Below are positions 22,467 to 31,523 of a stretch of DNA of 64,000 nt, in pieces. The DNA is from Bdellovibrionales bacterium. GTDB taxonomy: Bacteria > Bdellovibrionota > UBA1018 > CAIMNF01. The notes below the pieces were generated by a model, which saw nothing but the letters and a program-made list of their open reading frames with translations, was not told the DNA's origin and searched no databases. The position numbers and the translations under genes were made by a program. Within the stretch, counting starts at the first letter, position 1. Each line of letters begins with the position of its first letter. The stretch covers positions 37,608 to 101,607 of the forward strand of contig JBEIJY010000006.1 in NCBI GenBank assembly GCA_040380025.1, in the 5' to 3' direction.

Positions 22467-22833
22467 ACCGGCCCTGAAATACGTTCGCGTGGGAGTTTCT
22501 TGCTGCGGGGATGACTGGATCCAGACCGAGTCGAGTCGCTATGATCTCGAGCGGCTCGGATGTGTTCCCGCCATTCGCCCGGAAGAAGCGAATTTGCTCG
22601 TGATTCAGGGATTCATGAATGGAATGCTCCGGGAAGAGGCCGAGCGCTTTTATCGCGAGATGCCCGAGCCCCGATTTGTCATGGCGCTCGGAACCTGCGC
22701 CTGCGGTGGCGGTTTGTTTCCGGCCGAAGGATCCGGAGCAGAGATTCCGGTCGACGTGTATGTGACAGGTTGTCCGCCCCGACCGGAAGCGATCATGAAT
22801 GGCGTGATCTCTCTTCGGGAGGTACGCAAGTGA
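22447..22833 (+). CDS. Divergent NuoB-like Fe-S subunit
   Basis: SCC, YDLERLG, GTCACGGG and VDVYVTGCPPRPE: all four N2-type Cys ligands present. Confidence 0.9.
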   Translation: MRMTGFRPALKYVRVGVSCCGDDWIQTESSRYDLERLGCVPAIRPEEANLLVIQGFMNGMLREEAERFYREMPEPRFVMALGTCACGGGLFPAEGSGAEIPVDVYVTGCPPRPEAIMNGVISLREVRK

Positions 22834-23843
22834 TTCAAGAAACGCTCGAAATGGGACCCATCCACCCGTGGTTGCCCGGACCGATGAAGGTTCGGTTGGG
22901 TATGATCGGAGATCGGATCGCGAGCATCGAGACCGGGTTCGGGTTCGCCGCACGCGAGATCGAGAAGCGGGTTTGCGGGCGCACTCTGGAGATGGCCCCC
23001 TTTCATTCCGGCCGGATCGAGCCGGAGAGCGCTTTTTTGCTCGATCGCTTGTTCGGTGAGGCGGCCGAACGGATTCTCGGAGTTCAAGTGCCCGCCCGGG
23101 CGGCTTGGATCCGCGACATTTGCTTCGAGTTGAGCGAGTTCGGAGCGCAGCTGAAGTTTCTTGCCCGCATGGCATCGCGAATGGGTCTGGGTGTTTTGTA
23201 TCATTCCATCCTGAAGCAGCGGGAGTCCCTTTTGGACCTGGTCGAGCTTTTGACCGGTTCTCGGTACGGATACAATTACATCCGTGCCGGAGGCGCACGC
23301 TATGATCTCACCGATGGGTTTCAGGAGCGCCTGGACGCGTGGATGAGAGGATTTCTGGCGGATCATGACCAGATCTACGAGCTTTTTTGCTGGACTCATC
23401 CGTTTCAGAACAGGCTGAAGTCGATGGGGTTGGTGGTCGACTCGGGTGATTTCGGGTATGTGAGTGAGGCCGCGGCCGAGAACACCCGATTCGGTCGGGT
23501 GAGCCATGTGGAATCCCGTCTTCTGCATGCCCTCGGATCATGCAAAGAGATCTGCACTGAACTCAGGATGCTTCTCGACTCGCCCGTGAAGGGCGCGTTC
23601 TTCGAGCGGGTCCCGGATGCTCCGGCCGCCGGCCGGGCTCGTGCCGAGATCGACACGATTCGCGGCTCGTGGTCGTTCGATCTCGAGCTCGATCAGAAGC
23701 AAAGAGTCGGCGCCCTGGCGGTCACCACTCCTTCGGATCGCATCCGGAACGCCATTTTGCCCGCGCTTGAGGGTGAGTCGATCGAGGATCTGCCGCTGAT
23801 CCTCGAGAGCCTTTCCCTTTCGATTCCGGAGATCGACCGATGA
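22830..23843 (+). CDS. Divergent NuoD-like subunit (no Q-site residues, no NiFe CxxC)
   Basis: MGPIHP, VQVPARAAWIR, ELLTGSR and C-terminal EIDR. GTG start after GGAGGT overlaps the NuoB-like stop. Confidence 0.85.
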   Translation: MIQETLEMGPIHPWLPGPMKVRLGMIGDRIASIETGFGFAAREIEKRVCGRTLEMAPFHSGRIEPESAFLLDRLFGEAAERILGVQVPARAAWIRDICFELSEFGAQLKFLARMASRMGLGVLYHSILKQRESLLDLVELLTGSRYGYNYIRAGGARYDLTDGFQERLDAWMRGFLADHDQIYELFCWTHPFQNRLKSMGLVVDSGDFGYVSEAAAENTRFGRVSHVESRLLHALGSCKEICTELRMLLDSPVKGAFFERVPDAPAAGRARAEIDTIRGSWSFDLELDQKQRVGALAVTTPSDRIRNAILPALEGESIEDLPLILESLSLSIPEIDR

Positions 23844-24625
23844 TGGAGTGGGTTCTGTCGGCCATTTCGATTTTTCCCTTGTCGTTTTTGATGTTCGCGC
23901 TGAGCGAGCGGATGATCGCTCGCCATGAGTCGCGGGTCGGAAAACACATCGGGATCGCCGGCTATGTCTGGCAAACCTGGATCGACACCCGGGTCGATCT
24001 GACAAGGCTTGAGGGGCGGATTTGGGCGTTGTTTTTGTTCCAGTTGTCGATCGTGTTCCTTTACGGGATCGATGCCGAATATCTGGTGTTTCCGTATCTT
24101 GCGACGAACGGATTTCTTCTGGCGATGCTTTCGCCATCCCACGGTGAAGTCCTGAAGAAAATCACGTTCGATCGCGAGCAGGTGGCCTTTTCTGCCGCAA
24201 GCGCTATGGCGGCCCTGTGTCTGCTCGGGGCGTTCACGCTTTCAGGAACCGCGAACCTGAGAGCGATCGAGTTTCATTTCGGGCATCTTTTTTTTGTGAT
24301 CCCCTTCCAGCTCGCCGGAATGATCTTGTTCGGAGAACATCCCTTCGCGGGGTTTCTCGAAAAGCGCACTTGGATCGAATCCGCGCGGTTTTACGCATGG
24401 AGCATGGTGACCGCTCGGGTATTCCTCGGGGGCGGCTCGGTTTTTTTTGATTTTCATCTGAAGGCGGCCGTCCTGTATCTCGCCTTTCGTCTGCTCGGGG
24501 CGTATTTTCCGGCATTCCGCCAGAAGGATTTTCTCAGAATCGTGGTTCTGTACGGGTTTCCGCTGACGGGAATTCTCTGGTTGGTGGTCATGATGGTGAA
24601 CGCCTGGTTCAACGGAGGGGTTTAG
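23840..24625 (+). CDS. Divergent, shortened NuoH-like membrane subunit
   Basis: SERMIARHESRVG...G..Q...D N-terminus and FPAFR C-terminus echo NuoH; 261 aa. Confidence 0.7.
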   Translation: MMEWVLSAISIFPLSFLMFALSERMIARHESRVGKHIGIAGYVWQTWIDTRVDLTRLEGRIWALFLFQLSIVFLYGIDAEYLVFPYLATNGFLLAMLSPSHGEVLKKITFDREQVAFSAASAMAALCLLGAFTLSGTANLRAIEFHFGHLFFVIPFQLAGMILFGEHPFAGFLEKRTWIESARFYAWSMVTARVFLGGGSVFFDFHLKAAVLYLAFRLLGAYFPAFRQKDFLRIVVLYGFPLTGILWLVVMMVNAWFNGGV

Positions 24626-24626
24626 A

Positions 24627-25019
24627 GTGATGAAACGCGTGATCGGGCATTTTTTGAATCACGATGGGGCCAGAAAGGTAGACACCGAGTTTTACCCCGA
24701 TCCGGTTTCTTCGCGGAGCAAGGATGATTTTCCGGCCCGGGCGCGGGGTCTGGTCTTCAACGAGATCGAAAAATGCACCGCCTGTGGCGACTGCCAGAAA
24801 GTCTGTCCCACCGCTTGCATCACGGTTGAGTCCGTGGAGCGGGAGCGGAACAACCGTCCTTGGGTGTCGAAGTTCGACATTGATTTCTCGAACTGTGTTT
24901 TTTGCGGATTTTGCGTCGAAGTGTGCGAGCCGAATTCGTTGGTGCAGACCAAGGAAGTCCAGGCGGCCGTGTTCGATGCCCGGGACCTGATCACGGATTT
25001 CGGAAGGGGGCCCCTGTGA
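24627..25019 (+). CDS. NuoI-like 2x[4Fe-4S] subunit
   Basis: YP...RARG, CTACGDCQKVCP, FDIDFSNCVFCGFCVEVC. Confidence 0.9.
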   Translation: MMKRVIGHFLNHDGARKVDTEFYPDPVSSRSKDDFPARARGLVFNEIEKCTACGDCQKVCPTACITVESVERERNNRPWVSKFDIDFSNCVFCGFCVEVCEPNSLVQTKEVQAAVFDARDLITDFGRGPL

Positions 25020-25369
25020 CCGCTGTCTTCGATTTGTTGCTTCTGGCGGGAGTCTCGGTTTGTTTCTCGATCCGGAATCTGTATCAAGGTATGGTGATTT
25101 TCTCGCTCGGGCTGGTGTTCCTGTTTCAGGCCCGGCGATCCCGTCTCCTGACCGGATGGTCTCCCGCGCCCCTGCCTCTCGGCCGGAGAATCCGGGCGGC
25201 CGTGTGCGCGGTCCTGCTCGCAGGAGGGGCTGCCCCCCTTTTGACCGAATCGGTAGTGCCCGGGGTGGATGCGCCGACGGAGGATTTGCTGTTTCCGGTC
25301 GTGGTATCGGTGATCCTGTTGTCCGGTATGCTTTTGCTCGGACTCGGGGTGGAGAGGCGGAAACGATGA
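25016..25369 (+). CDS. Degenerate NuoJ-like membrane protein
   Basis: Hydrophobic, GTGA-coupled to the NuoI-like gene, C-terminal LLFPVVVSVILLSG. Mainly a positional call. Confidence 0.5.
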   Translation: MTAVFDLLLLAGVSVCFSIRNLYQGMVIFSLGLVFLFQARRSRLLTGWSPAPLPLGRRIRAAVCAVLLAGGAAPLLTESVVPGVDAPTEDLLFPVVVSVILLSGMLLLGLGVERRKR

Positions 25370-25605
25370 TCCACGCGGGCTTGGTTTTGTTCGCATTCTC
25401 GCTCTATCTTGCCTTCCTTAGCGAAGATGCGATCGAGTTCGGAGTCGCTCTCTTGCGGGTAGCGTTCACGGTTTTGCTTCTGGTGTTTTTCTCTTTGGAA
25501 GATCAAGCCGTGCTGGAGGGGGCGGTGTTGGCGTATTCCATTCTTGTTTTGGCGTTTCTGGCGTTGATCCGGAATGAAGTTCAGGTGGACCATGATCCAT
25601 CTTGA
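25366..25605 (+). CDS. Degenerate NuoK-like three-TM protein
   Basis: 79 aa, three hydrophobic helices, ATGA-coupled. Positional call. Confidence 0.5.
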   Translation: MIHAGLVLFAFSLYLAFLSEDAIEFGVALLRVAFTVLLLVFFSLEDQAVLEGAVLAYSILVLAFLALIRNEVQVDHDPS

Positions 25606-26446
25606 GCTCACCCGCTTCGACCAGACGGCGGTTCTTCTGATTCTGGTGAGTGCTCTTGCGCTGATCCGGGAGCGACGGGTTCTTCCGTTCGGAATGGTTC
25701 TTCTCGGTGCCCTGGTTCAGGGCCAGATTGTGATGATTCTGCTGGCTGCCCTGACCGCTTGGCACCGCCTTGATCGCGCGGCGTCGCGGTGGATTCAGCT
25801 CAAGGATCTTGCGGGGGTTTTTTTGGTCATGGCCGCGTCGATGTCAGCCGATGCGCTGCAGGCCTTTTTTCTGCTGACCGGCGTGTTCCTGATCACCGTG
25901 AATCTCGGAGGCGGAATGCTAGGCCCCTTGCCGGCGCTTCTTTTGCTTCGTCAGGCTCACCCGAACCCTGAGTTTTTCGAGGTTGTTCTCGGGGCGGGCG
26001 CCTCGTACTGGTTGGTTGCCGAGATTTTGCGTTTCACGAAGTCCAAGCACGAGGGACAGATTCTGGCCTGGCTCGAGGCGCTTAGTGCGATCGCGATTCT
26101 TGCAAGCTTTCGTGGTGAGGCCGAGAGAATCGCGGATGAGCCCCTCTATCTCGGAATCGTGTGCGCGGGTGTCGCATTGGTTCTTTCTCTGGCATTCTGG
26201 AAGCGAATTCGAACCCTCGGGTTTTGGTCTTTCCGGATTTCAGGTCGGATTGCTGTAGCGAATGGTTTGCTCGCGGGAAGGGCTTGGGTATCGGGGGCAG
26301 ATCGTCTGACTTCGGATCAGCCCTTGGCGCAGGACCCGGATTTTCGCGTTGCGATCGATTCACTGATTTATTGGGTTTTCGGAATTGTCTTGTTTTTCGG
26401 CTTGCTGATTCTGCTGTCCGGAGGAGGATTCATCCATGATCTTTGA
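25592..26446 (+). CDS. Truncated NuoL-position membrane protein
   Basis: 284 aa polytopic protein after an AGGTGG SD. Only a faint echo of NuoL (QLKDLAG vs RIGDLG). Confidence 0.45.
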   Translation: MIHLELTRFDQTAVLLILVSALALIRERRVLPFGMVLLGALVQGQIVMILLAALTAWHRLDRAASRWIQLKDLAGVFLVMAASMSADALQAFFLLTGVFLITVNLGGGMLGPLPALLLLRQAHPNPEFFEVVLGAGASYWLVAEILRFTKSKHEGQILAWLEALSAIAILASFRGEAERIADEPLYLGIVCAGVALVLSLAFWKRIRTLGFWSFRISGRIAVANGLLAGRAWVSGADRLTSDQPLAQDPDFRVAIDSLIYWVFGIVLFFGLLILLSGGGFIHDL

Positions 26447-27428
26447 GTGGAGCATTCCCGGTCTGGCAGTGGCGGCGTCTTGGGCGCTCAGTGTTTCGGA
26501 TGCAGCCGTGGTTCAAGCGGCTCTTGGATTCCTCGTCTTCAGCTCGACCTCGGTTTCGGCGAGTCTTCTGCTCCTCCTTGCGATTCAGATTCTTGCGTTC
26601 ATCCGGCTCTGCACGGGCACAAGGCGCGAACGGCAGACCATCGCCTTGCGTTGGTTCTCGCTCGTGCTTTTCGGGATGTTTCTCGCTCTTTTTGGTTCGG
26701 CGGTCGGTGACAATTCTGAAGGCCGAGGCATGCTCATCGCCGGGCTTCTTTTGATGGTGCCCAATGGGGTGACGGCGTTCTTTTTCGGCGACTTTTTGGA
26801 GCGTCAGACGCTGAAGTCCTATTTGGGATCGGTTCTGATCCCCGCTTTTGTCGCGATCGACATTCTTTTGAAGATCAAGGGCCAGGCAAAAAGCGATTTC
26901 GGTCAGGTGTTTGAATGGGGGCTGATGATCCTCGGGGGCTCGACCCTGATCTTTTCGAGTCTGCTTGCATTCTTGCGCCTGGGAATCCGCGCGGTGCTGA
27001 TTCATTGGTCGCAAGCGTGGATCGGCCTTGCGCTTTTTTTGCTACCGTTTGATTTCGAATCGATTTCGCCCGTCGCGATCCCTGCGATCGCCATTTTTGC
27101 GGTGAGCTCGGTCTCCTTGCTCGGTCTTGCGGCACAGCTCGGGCAACGACCGTTTGCGTTTGCGCGGGCCGCGGCATTCGGATTGCCCGGTTTGATCGGA
27201 TTCGTCGCGATCGATGCGGCGATTCGGATTCCCCTCTCGGCCGATCCGTGGTTTGCGGTTCCTGTGTTCGCGGGACAGCTCTTGTTGATCATGACCATGC
27301 TTTCCTGCAAGACCTGGCCGGTTTCCTCGCCCGATCGACGAATCTGGGTTCGGTTTTGGACGATCACAGCGGTCCAGATTGCCGCGGGGTGCGCTCTCTA
27401 CTGGCTTGCGCAGGGAGGAGTCCGATGA
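26436..27428 (+). CDS. Degenerate NuoM-like antiporter-type subunit
   Basis: LIHWSQAWIG aligns with LAYSSISHLG, and FGLPGLIGF with SLPGTMNF; 330 aa. Confidence 0.6.
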   Translation: MIFEWSIPGLAVAASWALSVSDAAVVQAALGFLVFSSTSVSASLLLLLAIQILAFIRLCTGTRRERQTIALRWFSLVLFGMFLALFGSAVGDNSEGRGMLIAGLLLMVPNGVTAFFFGDFLERQTLKSYLGSVLIPAFVAIDILLKIKGQAKSDFGQVFEWGLMILGGSTLIFSSLLAFLRLGIRAVLIHWSQAWIGLALFLLPFDFESISPVAIPAIAIFAVSSVSLLGLAAQLGQRPFAFARAAAFGLPGLIGFVAIDAAIRIPLSADPWFAVPVFAGQLLLIMTMLSCKTWPVSSPDRRIWVRFWTITAVQIAAGCALYWLAQGGVR

Positions 27429-28786
27429 TCCTGATGCATTTTTTTCCGGAACTGCTGATCTCGCTCTGTCTTCTCGGTTCGCTGATCCTGCTGAGCCTTA
27501 GGGTGTTGAGCCAGGGACAGCTCCCTGTGGCGGTTTCGGCGGTGTCGCTCGCCGGGCTTGTCTACTTCGGTTCTCGAGCCGATCTTGAGTTTTTCGAATC
27601 GGTTATTCCGATGCTTCGTTCGGATTCTCTCTCTTATTTCGGGCGGCTCTTGTCACTTTTGATGGTGTCGGTCTTTGCTCCGGGGGCGTACTTCCACCCC
27701 GGGCTTCGTGTCAGGGACAAGCATCAGGCGACTCTGTTTTTGCTCTTTCTTTCTCTGTTCACGAACGCCTTGTTCTTGAGTCAGAGTCTTGTTTTGTTTT
27801 TGGGGGCCGCCGTTGGAATCCATTATTGCGCCTTGCATTTGATCCGGATCGAGTCCGGGGGAGCCAGCGCCTGGACGCGTGTCTTTCGTGTGAAGTCGGT
27901 GACCACGGGAGTGTGGCTCTGTTTGGGCTTGGTCGCTTTTTTGGTATCGGCTCATCTGTTCGGCGGAGTGTTTTTTGATTCCTGGATCGAAGGGATTCGG
28001 AGTGGACAGGGGGATTGGAGCCGGGTGGTGTTCCTCGGGCTTTTGATTCTGATGGGAATGCTTCCGCTGGTCGGAATGCGGTCGATCGGAAAGGCGCCCT
28101 ATTCGCTCGGGATTTTTTCGTTCGGAACCTTTTTGATTCTTGGAGTCTTTTGGTTTCGGATCGGAGTGCCCTCGCTCCAAGCGAGCGAGGCACTGCCCGT
28201 GCCCACCGCGCGGTGGATGCTTTCTTTGCTCTTTGGAGCGATCGCCCTACGGTCCGTTGTGTCTGCATTCAGGACCCGCGACCCTGATTCCTGGATCTCG
28301 GCGGTCTTTCCGGTTCTGGTCGGACTGGGGCTTTTCACAGTTCTCCTTCCTTCTGATCAGTCGCTCCCCGCGTTCCAGCGGGTGGCTCTTGCGGCTCTTC
28401 TGACGATCTCTTTGGTTTCGCGGGTGTTTTTGGATCCAGGATTCCGCCTGAAGTGGATGGCCGTGTTTTCGTTGTTCGCCGTATTCGGAGCGCCTCCGCT
28501 TTTTTTGGGGGAACAGTGGTTCAAAATGACGAGAGAGCTGATTCGGGCAGGAGATGTCATCCCGGGCATCATGGCCATGGTGCTCTGGTTCGGTCTTGCG
28601 GTCGCGACAATTCAAATCATTGGCAAGGTTCTTCAGGGGCGGATTTCGAAGGACCAAATCCGAAAACCTGATTCGGGAGAACTGTTTTTCTTGATCGTGT
28701 ATCTGCTCGGGACGGCCGCACTCATGCTGTTCCAGGGGCCCTTGATTTCTCTTTTAAATCAGCATCCTCTCGCGAATTTGTGGTAA
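27425..28786 (+). CDS. Degenerate NuoN-like antiporter-type subunit
   Basis: N-terminal PELL, DSLSYF, FGAPP; about 453 aa; ATGA-coupled. Confidence 0.7.
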   Translation: MILMHFFPELLISLCLLGSLILLSLRVLSQGQLPVAVSAVSLAGLVYFGSRADLEFFESVIPMLRSDSLSYFGRLLSLLMVSVFAPGAYFHPGLRVRDKHQATLFLLFLSLFTNALFLSQSLVLFLGAAVGIHYCALHLIRIESGGASAWTRVFRVKSVTTGVWLCLGLVAFLVSAHLFGGVFFDSWIEGIRSGQGDWSRVVFLGLLILMGMLPLVGMRSIGKAPYSLGIFSFGTFLILGVFWFRIGVPSLQASEALPVPTARWMLSLLFGAIALRSVVSAFRTRDPDSWISAVFPVLVGLGLFTVLLPSDQSLPAFQRVALAALLTISLVSRVFLDPGFRLKWMAVFSLFAVFGAPPLFLGEQWFKMTRELIRAGDVIPGIMAMVLWFGLAVATIQIIGKVLQGRISKDQIRKPDSGELFFLIVYLLGTAALMLFQGPLISLLNQHPLANLW

Positions 28787-28819
28787 GGTTCCCCTAAGCA
28801 ATTCAGAAAGGAAAAGCAT

Positions 28820-29182
28820 ATGGAATACCTTCCCGTGCTGGTCATGATGGCTGCGGGGGTGTGCATCGGCGGCGCAGTCCTGATCCTGACCACCTGGCTT
28901 GGCCCGAAGCTGCCCAACAAAACAAAAGACCAACCCGCAGAGTGCGGGATTCCGGTAAACGAGATGGCGCGAAAGCAACGCGTGTCCATTCGCTTTTATC
29001 TCGTGGCGATCCTTTTTTTGCTCTTCGACGTTGAGACGGTGTTCTTTTATCCGTGGGCCGTCGCGTATCGAAAGTTCCTCGAAGGAGGAGCCTTCATTCT
29101 GTTCGAGATGCTGGCCTTCGTGCTGGTTCTTCTGGTCGGTTATATTTATGTGCTCCGCAAAGGGGCGCTGGAATGGGAGTAA
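28820..29182 (+). CDS. nuoA: NADH-quinone oxidoreductase subunit A
   Basis: ECG, FYLVAILFLLFDVE and KGALEWE motifs. Confidence 0.96.
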   Translation: MEYLPVLVMMAAGVCIGGAVLILTTWLGPKLPNKTKDQPAECGIPVNEMARKQRVSIRFYLVAILFLLFDVETVFFYPWAVAYRKFLEGGAFILFEMLAFVLVLLVGYIYVLRKGALEWE

Positions 29183-29185
29183 GAC

Positions 29186-29689
29186 ATGGGCAAGGACGGA
29201 TCCTCTGATTTTTTTACGACCCGTTTTGAGGACGTGGTGAATTGGGCCCGAAAAAACTCCCTCTTCCCCCTTCCCTTCGGGACAAGCTGTTGCGGAATCG
29301 AGCTGATGTCGACACTGGCCTCGGGCTACGACATGGCCCGCTTCGGTGCCGAGGTGGTGCGGTTTTCGCCGCGGCAGAGCGATCTTTTGATCGTCGCCGG
29401 GATCGTGAACCTCAAGATGGCGCCGGTTCTCCGGAACATTTATGACCAGATGGCCGATCCGAAGTGGGTGATCTCGATGGGCGCATGCGCCTCCTCGGGC
29501 GGAATCTTCAACGTATATAGCGTCACCCAAGGGATCGACACGGTGGTGCCGGTCGATGTGTATGTGCCCGGGTGTCCGCCCGCTCCCGAAGGGCTCCTGA
29601 ATGCGCTTTTGCGCCTCGAAGAACGAATCGCAAACGGCGAGACCCATTCCCAGCGCCGGATCCGCGCCCAGAAAGAAGGCCGCCCATGA
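29186..29689 (+). CDS. nuoB: NADH-quinone oxidoreductase subunit B
   Basis: [21 protein letters not shown] and PGCPP motifs. Confidence 0.97.
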   Translation: MGKDGSSDFFTTRFEDVVNWARKNSLFPLPFGTSCCGIELMSTLASGYDMARFGAEVVRFSPRQSDLLIVAGIVNLKMAPVLRNIYDQMADPKWVISMGACASSGGIFNVYSVTQGIDTVVPVDVYVPGCPPAPEGLLNALLRLEERIANGETHSQRRIRAQKEGRP

Positions 29690-30246
29690 ACGTCCAGACT
29701 CCGGTCAAAACCATTTACGGGAACTGGGGCGAGAAGTTCGCATCCCAATGGAGCGGGTTCGTCGAGCATCTTCAGACCGCCCATGCGAAGTCGCTCGAAG
29801 AGATTCACCTCCCCGCGACCCATATGGTCGACATTCCCACCGCATACGTTTCGAAAGAAGGCATGCAAGAGGTGCTTCGCTCGCTGAAGGAGGCGCTCGG
29901 GTTCTCGTTTCTGACCGATTATACGGCATCGGACGAAGGCGGAGAAAAGCGCTTTCAGCTCATTCTGCATCTGATGAGCCCGCAGACGAAGGCAAGGGTT
30001 CGGATTAAAATCCGCATCGCGGAATCCGAGACGGTTCCGACCCTGATTCCTCTTTGGGAAGGGGCGAATTGGGCCGAGCGCGAGATCTTCGACATGTTCG
30101 GAATCCGCTTTGAGGGGCACCCTGATCTTCGTCGCATCCTGATGGATGTGCGCTGGGAAGGTCATCCTCTCCGAAAAGACTACCCGCTTCGCGGGTATCA
30201 GGTGTTTCTTACTCCCGAACCTCTCGATCCGGAGCTGTTCAAATGA
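29686..30246 (+). CDS. nuoC: NADH-quinone oxidoreductase subunit C
   Basis: [20 protein letters not shown] and GHPLRKDYP motifs. Confidence 0.96.
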   Translation: MNVQTPVKTIYGNWGEKFASQWSGFVEHLQTAHAKSLEEIHLPATHMVDIPTAYVSKEGMQEVLRSLKEALGFSFLTDYTASDEGGEKRFQLILHLMSPQTKARVRIKIRIAESETVPTLIPLWEGANWAEREIFDMFGIRFEGHPDLRRILMDVRWEGHPLRKDYPLRGYQVFLTPEPLDPELFK

Positions 30247-31523
30247 AAACCGAAAACTCAAAAGGCCTGCAAACCGACCTTCCGCTCGATGTCGCCCGCT
30301 GGGGCGTTCCGGCCACCTTCGATGTGACGCTAAAGCGCGACAGCGATGATGTGTTTGAGGACTCGCGCGTGCTTGTGAACATCGGTCCGACACACCCGGC
30401 GATGCACGGAGCCTTCCGGTGCATGGCCAAGCTGAACGGCGAGACCATCGAGAAGTCCTTTTGCGAGTTCGGGTACACCCATCGCGCCAAAGAAAAACTG
30501 GGCGAGAATCGCACTTATCACCAGTTCGTGGTCTACACCGATCGCCTGAACTACTGCTCGGCCTTGATCAACAACGTCACCTACGCCATGTCTGTCGAGC
30601 GCCTGATGGGAATTGAGGTCCCCGAGCGCGCGGTATGGATTCGCATGATGTGCGCCGAGCTTGCGCGCGTGATCGACCATCTGATTTGCGTCGGGATCAG
30701 CGCCGTCGACCTGGGTGCGTTTTCGTACTTTCTGTACGGCTACCACCAGCGCGAGCGGGCCTACACGCTCATCGAAAAACTCTGTGGCGCACGCCTGACC
30801 ACCTCGTACACCCGCATCGGCGGCCTCATGGCCGATGCTCCCGAGGGCTGGGAGCGCGAGCTGAAGGAATGGGTGAAAGAGACCCGCGAAGTCGTGAACG
30901 AGATGGACCGTCTCCTGACCGAGAACCGAATCTGGCTCAAGCGGACCAAGGGCGTGTCGATCTTCAATAAAGAGGACTGCCTTCGATACAGCTTCACGGG
31001 TCCGAACGCCCGCGCTGCCGGTGTCGACATCGATCTTCGTCGCGATCAGCCGTGCATGTTCTACGATCGGGTCGATTTTGATGTGCCGGTCGCCCAGAAC
31101 GGCGACGTGTTCGACCGGTATTATGTGCGGCTCGAAGAGATCCGCCAGAGCTTGAACATTCTGACCCAATGCGCAGACCGGATCAAAAAGGGGCCGATCT
31201 GGTCTGAAGACAAGCGCACGCGGATTCCCGATAAAGAGGTGGTTTACAACACGATGGAAGGCCTGATCCATCACTTCAAATTCTTCATGACCGGGTTCAA
31301 CGTTCCTGCCGGTGAGGCGTACACGCCCTTCGAAGCCGCAAATGGTGAGCTCGGGTTTTACATCATGAGCCGCGGAGGGCCCATGGCCCATCGGATGCGG
31401 ATCCGCGGGCCTTCGTTCTGGCACTATCAGGGGCTGGATCCGATGGTGAAGGGCGGATTCATCGCAGACCTCGTGGCCGCCCTCGGCAGCATCAATGTCA
31501 TTGCAGGGGAGCTCGATCGATAA
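30243..31523 (+). CDS. nuoD: NADH-quinone oxidoreductase subunit D
   Basis: GPTHPAMHG, GYTHR, DRLNY and C-terminal GELDR. Confidence 0.97.
   Translation: MKTENSKGLQTDLPLDVARWGVPATFDVTLKRDSDDVFEDSRVLVNIGPTHPAMHGAFRCMAKLNGETIEKSFCEFGYTHRAKEKLGENRTYHQFVVYTDRLNYCSALINNVTYAMSVERLMGIEVPERAVWIRMMCAELARVIDHLICVGISAVDLGAFSYFLYGYHQRERAYTLIEKLCGARLTTSYTRIGGLMADAPEGWERELKEWVKETREVVNEMDRLLTENRIWLKRTKGVSIFNKEDCLRYSFTGPNARAAGVDIDLRRDQPCMFYDRVDFDVPVAQNGDVFDRYYVRLEEIRQSLNILTQCADRIKKGPIWSEDKRTRIPDKEVVYNTMEGLIHHFKFFMTGFNVPAGEAYTPFEAANGELGFYIMSRGGPMAHRMRIRGPSFWHYQGLDPMVKGGFIADLVAALGSINVIAGELDR

Noticed and set aside
22447..28786. Group 4 [NiFe]-hydrogenase or formate hydrogenlyase reading of the first cluster
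   Set aside because: The large subunit has no CxxC motifs, ends in EIDR like NuoD, and no maturation genes are present.
22447..28786. Simple pseudogene remnant of a nuo duplication
   Set aside because: No internal stops or frameshifts over about 6.3 kb, start/stop coupling is preserved and the Fe-S cysteines are intact despite extreme divergence.
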